This document shows, piece after piece, positions 61,268 through 64,000 of a stretch of DNA of 64,000 bases. How positions within the stretch are numbered: the first letter of the stretch is position 1; every line of letters starts with the position of its first letter. The notes below the pieces were generated by a model. The model was not told the DNA's origin. It saw only the letters and a program-made list of their open reading frames with translations, and did no database searches. The position numbers were made by a program, and so were the translations under genes. Origin of the DNA: a virus (Duplodnaviria; Caudoviricetes); IMG/VR virus record IMGVR_UViG_3300028805_000101, positions 8,369 through 72,368 of that record. The stretch is one strand, 5' to 3'.

Positions 61268-62166
61268 AGGTCTATTATGTAATCGTTATAAGTTGTTTCT
61301 CTTGACTTACGTTCTAGTTGCTCACCTGTATAATCCCAGGTATCTGCATATCTATCATATTCTCCAGGATAACCATAAGGATTACATAGAATTTTTATGA
61401 TATTTCCTTTTGAATTTTTATATGTACAGATTTTCTTATCGTGTATATGTCCGCATAGCCATATTGTTCCATTATCAAGTTCTTCTAGATACTTTTCTGC
61501 CTTGAAATAGAAAAATGTATTTGTATTGCTATTCCTATATTTCCAATTTATTCCTACTTCATAAGGTGCAAAATGAGTTACAATAATTTTTGGTTTTTTC
61601 TTTACAAAATCCATTAACATATTATCGTAATGGTTCCAGATTTGTTCAGGATCTTGATTAAAATAATTCCAGTAATTACCATCAAACCAGTTATTCTTCC
61701 ATTTTTGTTTTATATCATAATAACCCGGTTCAACTTTCAAATCACAACTTGCCATACATCCAGCAATTCCATTTACAATATTACCTTCCAACAAATGAAC
61801 ATTGTCAAATGAAGAACAGTATTCTTTTATCTTCTCAATCTTTTCTTCAGATGTATTGAATTGAGCATTTGATTTAGATGGTGTAGCACCTTTTATAACC
61901 AAATCATGATTACCTAAAGTCCAGAATACTTGCAAGTACTTAGACGCTAGCCATTTTATTTGGCGAGATAATGTTAGATAATCATTTGACATGTCTCCCG
62001 CTATAATGATTGCTTCTGTGTCAGGAATTGAATATGATTTCCACTGCCATTCTAAAGTTTCAAAGACAACACTTTCTTTTGGGTCATCTCCATTAATTCT
62101 TGATGGTTTTACAGCATAAGAAAACCACATGTCAGAATGTATGTCAGATATCAGTAATGTTTTCAT
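61264..62166 (-). CDS. Calcineurin-like metallophosphoesterase
   Basis: SDIH, AGD, GNHD, THFAP, GHIH motifs. Confidence 0.9.
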   Translation of the reverse strand: MKTLLISDIHSDMWFSYAVKPSRINGDDPKESVVFETLEWQWKSYSIPDTEAIIIAGDMSNDYLTLSRQIKWLASKYLQVFWTLGNHDLVIKGATPSKSNAQFNTSEEKIEKIKEYCSSFDNVHLLEGNIVNGIAGCMASCDLKVEPGYYDIKQKWKNNWFDGNYWNYFNQDPEQIWNHYDNMLMDFVKKKPKIIVTHFAPYEVGINWKYRNSNTNTFFYFKAEKYLEELDNGTIWLCGHIHDKKICTYKNSKGNIIKILCNPYGYPGEYDRYADTWDYTGEQLERKSRETTYNDYIIDL

Positions 62167-62546
62167 TCAAAATCTTTTTCTATTGTTTTTTTCTTTTTTT
62201 CAGAATCAAACATCTTAGGTATAAACTGCAGTTGATTTAAAATATTCATCATTTTGATTACAGCTTGTTCTAACTCATTATAATCGTTAAATTGGATAGA
62301 ATTAGAATAATTTATCTTATATTCATTTGTATAAACATCAAAGTTAAATTCAAGACCACACCAGAATTCAGCAGTCAAATAAGTATCATTATCATATTTA
62401 ACTACATCTATCAACGGTTGCCATTCATCAACATTATACTTATTTTCAGGCAAACTTCCTGTACATATTACTTCGCTATAACCAGTATCAAAAACTAAGC
62501 CATATTTTTCACATAAGGCTTTAATGTTATTTTTGGTAATTTTCAT
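62163..62546 (-). CDS. DF-tail family small protein
   Basis: Starts MKITKNNIKALCEKYGLV; ends KKKKTIEKDFE. Confidence 0.8.
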   Translation of the reverse strand: MKITKNNIKALCEKYGLVFDTGYSEVICTGSLPENKYNVDEWQPLIDVVKYDNDTYLTAEFWCGLEFNFDVYTNEYKINYSNSIQFNDYNELEQAVIKMMNILNQLQFIPKMFDSEKKKKTIEKDFE

Positions 62547-62773
62547 ACATAATACTCCAGACTTGTTCTAGTCGTTGGTGTCTGAATACTATAATCGCTA
62601 ACATCACCAGGCATATCATTCTTATGTGCATAATACAGATATTTAAATGTTCTACGTACAGCCTTAAATGCCTTATCGGACAGCATACCTTTAGTATGAA
62701 CATTACATCTTACAATTATATTACCATAATGGTCTGCAATAGCAATTGGTGTATCAAATTTTTCATAATACAT
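62543..62773 (-). CDS. Hypothetical protein
   Basis: 76 aa after promoter. Confidence 0.65.
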   Translation of the reverse strand: MYYEKFDTPIAIADHYGNIIVRCNVHTKGMLSDKAFKAVRRTFKYLYYAHKNDMPGDVSDYSIQTPTTRTSLEYYV

Positions 62774-62799
62774 TTGTGAAATCCTTTCAGTTTATAGAA

Positions 62800-62870
62800 A
62801 ATATATAAAAATAAATAGTGGCTGTCAATTACGAACAGCCACAATTCATGTAAGTAAAATATTTTTTACA
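62800..62870 (-). promoter_or_regulatory. Early promoter TTGACA-17-TATATT with hairpin over the -35 and AGTAAA-N6-TTTACA box
   Basis: -10 62800-62805, -35 62823-62828, palindrome 62853-62870. Confidence 0.75.
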
Positions 62871-62874
62871 ATTA

Positions 62875-63654
62875 TTAGTCAGATATCTTCTTTAATCCGA
62901 GAACATCGCAGGAACGGTCAGAAATATTATGCACCAACTTCATTTCTTCATTGGTATCAAAGTTTCTCCAAATTTCAATGCAAGCATCGTCTTCAGGACC
63001 ATCACCTTCACTAACTTTCTTCTGTGATACACATTTCCAATCATTTAATATATCTTCTATATCATCGTAAGTAGCACCTTTCTTAATCTTATTCAATATA
63101 GTTTGACCAGATTTTGCTTTGGATTCTCTTAAATAAGATTCATTCTTTGGCTCTTGCATCATATCCATGAATACAGAATGATTATGAGACTGATTAGTCA
63201 AATCGTCAATAAAATCAGAATCAACCAAGTCATAATATTTAAAATCCCAGGTCTTATCATCAAAGCCACAGCAGTCAATATCTATATCTCTATAACAATC
63301 AACATCAATAGTTCCATCACCACCGCATTCAGAACAGGTTTCTTCTCTTCTTACAGTTTCACCATCTTCATCTTCTTCCTCATATTCATCGTAGCCAGAA
63401 CCACCGCAGTAATCACAGGACTTACATAGATAAATCTGTGAAACACCATTAGCAATAAATTTAGCGGCTTCAACAGCTTTTTCATTATTGTCAGTTTCTT
63501 CAGCAAGAGCTTTAACCCAAGCATCCATAGAACCATAAACATCAATTACATCGTCAATGTATCCATTGAAACAAGCTTGTGCCATACCACCATTACATAT
63601 TTGATAATGTAAATGACCAAGCCAATCTACGGCAGATAAATCTTCTTTATTCAT
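62875..63654 (-). CDS. Acidic protein: DMP19/DUF4375-like N-terminus plus DnaJ-type CxxCxGxG zinc finger
   Basis: YQICNGGMAQACFNG; CDYCGGSG and CSECGGDG; very D/E-rich. Confidence 0.5.
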   Translation of the reverse strand: MNKEDLSAVDWLGHLHYQICNGGMAQACFNGYIDDVIDVYGSMDAWVKALAEETDNNEKAVEAAKFIANGVSQIYLCKSCDYCGGSGYDEYEEEDEDGETVRREETCSECGGDGTIDVDCYRDIDIDCCGFDDKTWDFKYYDLVDSDFIDDLTNQSHNHSVFMDMMQEPKNESYLRESKAKSGQTILNKIKKGATYDDIEDILNDWKCVSQKKVSEGDGPEDDACIEIWRNFDTNEEMKLVHNISDRSCDVLGLKKISD

Positions 63655-63666
63655 AATTAAAAACCT

Positions 63667-64000
63667 CTATGCATTATTTATAATCTTATCAAATTCAATA
63701 GATAAGGTCTGTTCTAGGTCATTCAATTCTAGGAATGCCCATACATCATTTCTAATTTTAACCAATGATTTTGCATATTCAATAGTTTCAGCATCTTGTG
63801 AATGATATTTCTTTATTACAGCATTTATAAATGCTTTATCTCTAAGTTTATCATTTTCAAATATATAACCTTTCTCTATACAAGCTTTATTGAATTTGGA
63901 TTTACATTTTCTAATGAATTTTGATTCAGTATGTTCTATATCTTTATCTCTATATATTATATTATTAATATTATTCTCTTTTAAATTATTTTTAAAATCA
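63667..64000 (-). CDS. Hypothetical protein, 5'-truncated by window edge
   Basis: Manual translation open from 63999 to TAG at 63667 (...EFDKIINNA). Confidence 0.65.
   Translation of the reverse strand, partial: DFKNNLKENNINNIIYRDKDIEHTESKFIRKCKSKFNKACIEKGYIFENDKLRDKAFINAVIKKYHSQDAETIEYAKSLVKIRNDVWAFLELNDLEQTLSIEFDKIINNA

Overview
A 64 kb, AT-rich, gene-dense segment of a large lytic dsDNA phage (T4-like/jumbo myovirus grade). Essentially every real gene is on the minus strand, in the standard genetic code. Reading in transcription direction (64000 to 1), it has: a few early genes; a UvsW helicase frameshifted near its 5' end; a late structural block (gp14-like neck protein, GLUG and LamG proteins, two related Ser/Ala-rich fibre proteins); then about 40 kb of early/accessory genes. 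The accessory part carries a complete four-enzyme deamidating NAD+ salvage route (pncA, pncB, nadD-Nudix, nadE) and an NAD-dependent DNA ligase split into two separately promoted genes. It also carries a sigma70-family factor, GroEL, Hsp20, an M18 aminopeptidase, HisA, Thg1, a lytic transglycosylase, a Panacea-like antitoxin and a hidden SemiSWEET/PQ-loop gene. The most striking unexplained pattern is a family of at least 21 short, highly diverged proteins that all end in a basic helix plus [ILMVF]-x-x-D-F. A repeated regulatory module (TTGACA-17-TATATT promoter with an upstream TGTAAA-N6-TTTACA palindrome) precedes many early operons. Strong SD sites, sigma70-type promoters and Fibrobacter-style genes suggest a gut/rumen Fibrobacterota-like host (inference). 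All family assignments come from motif recognition by eye; no database searches were run.
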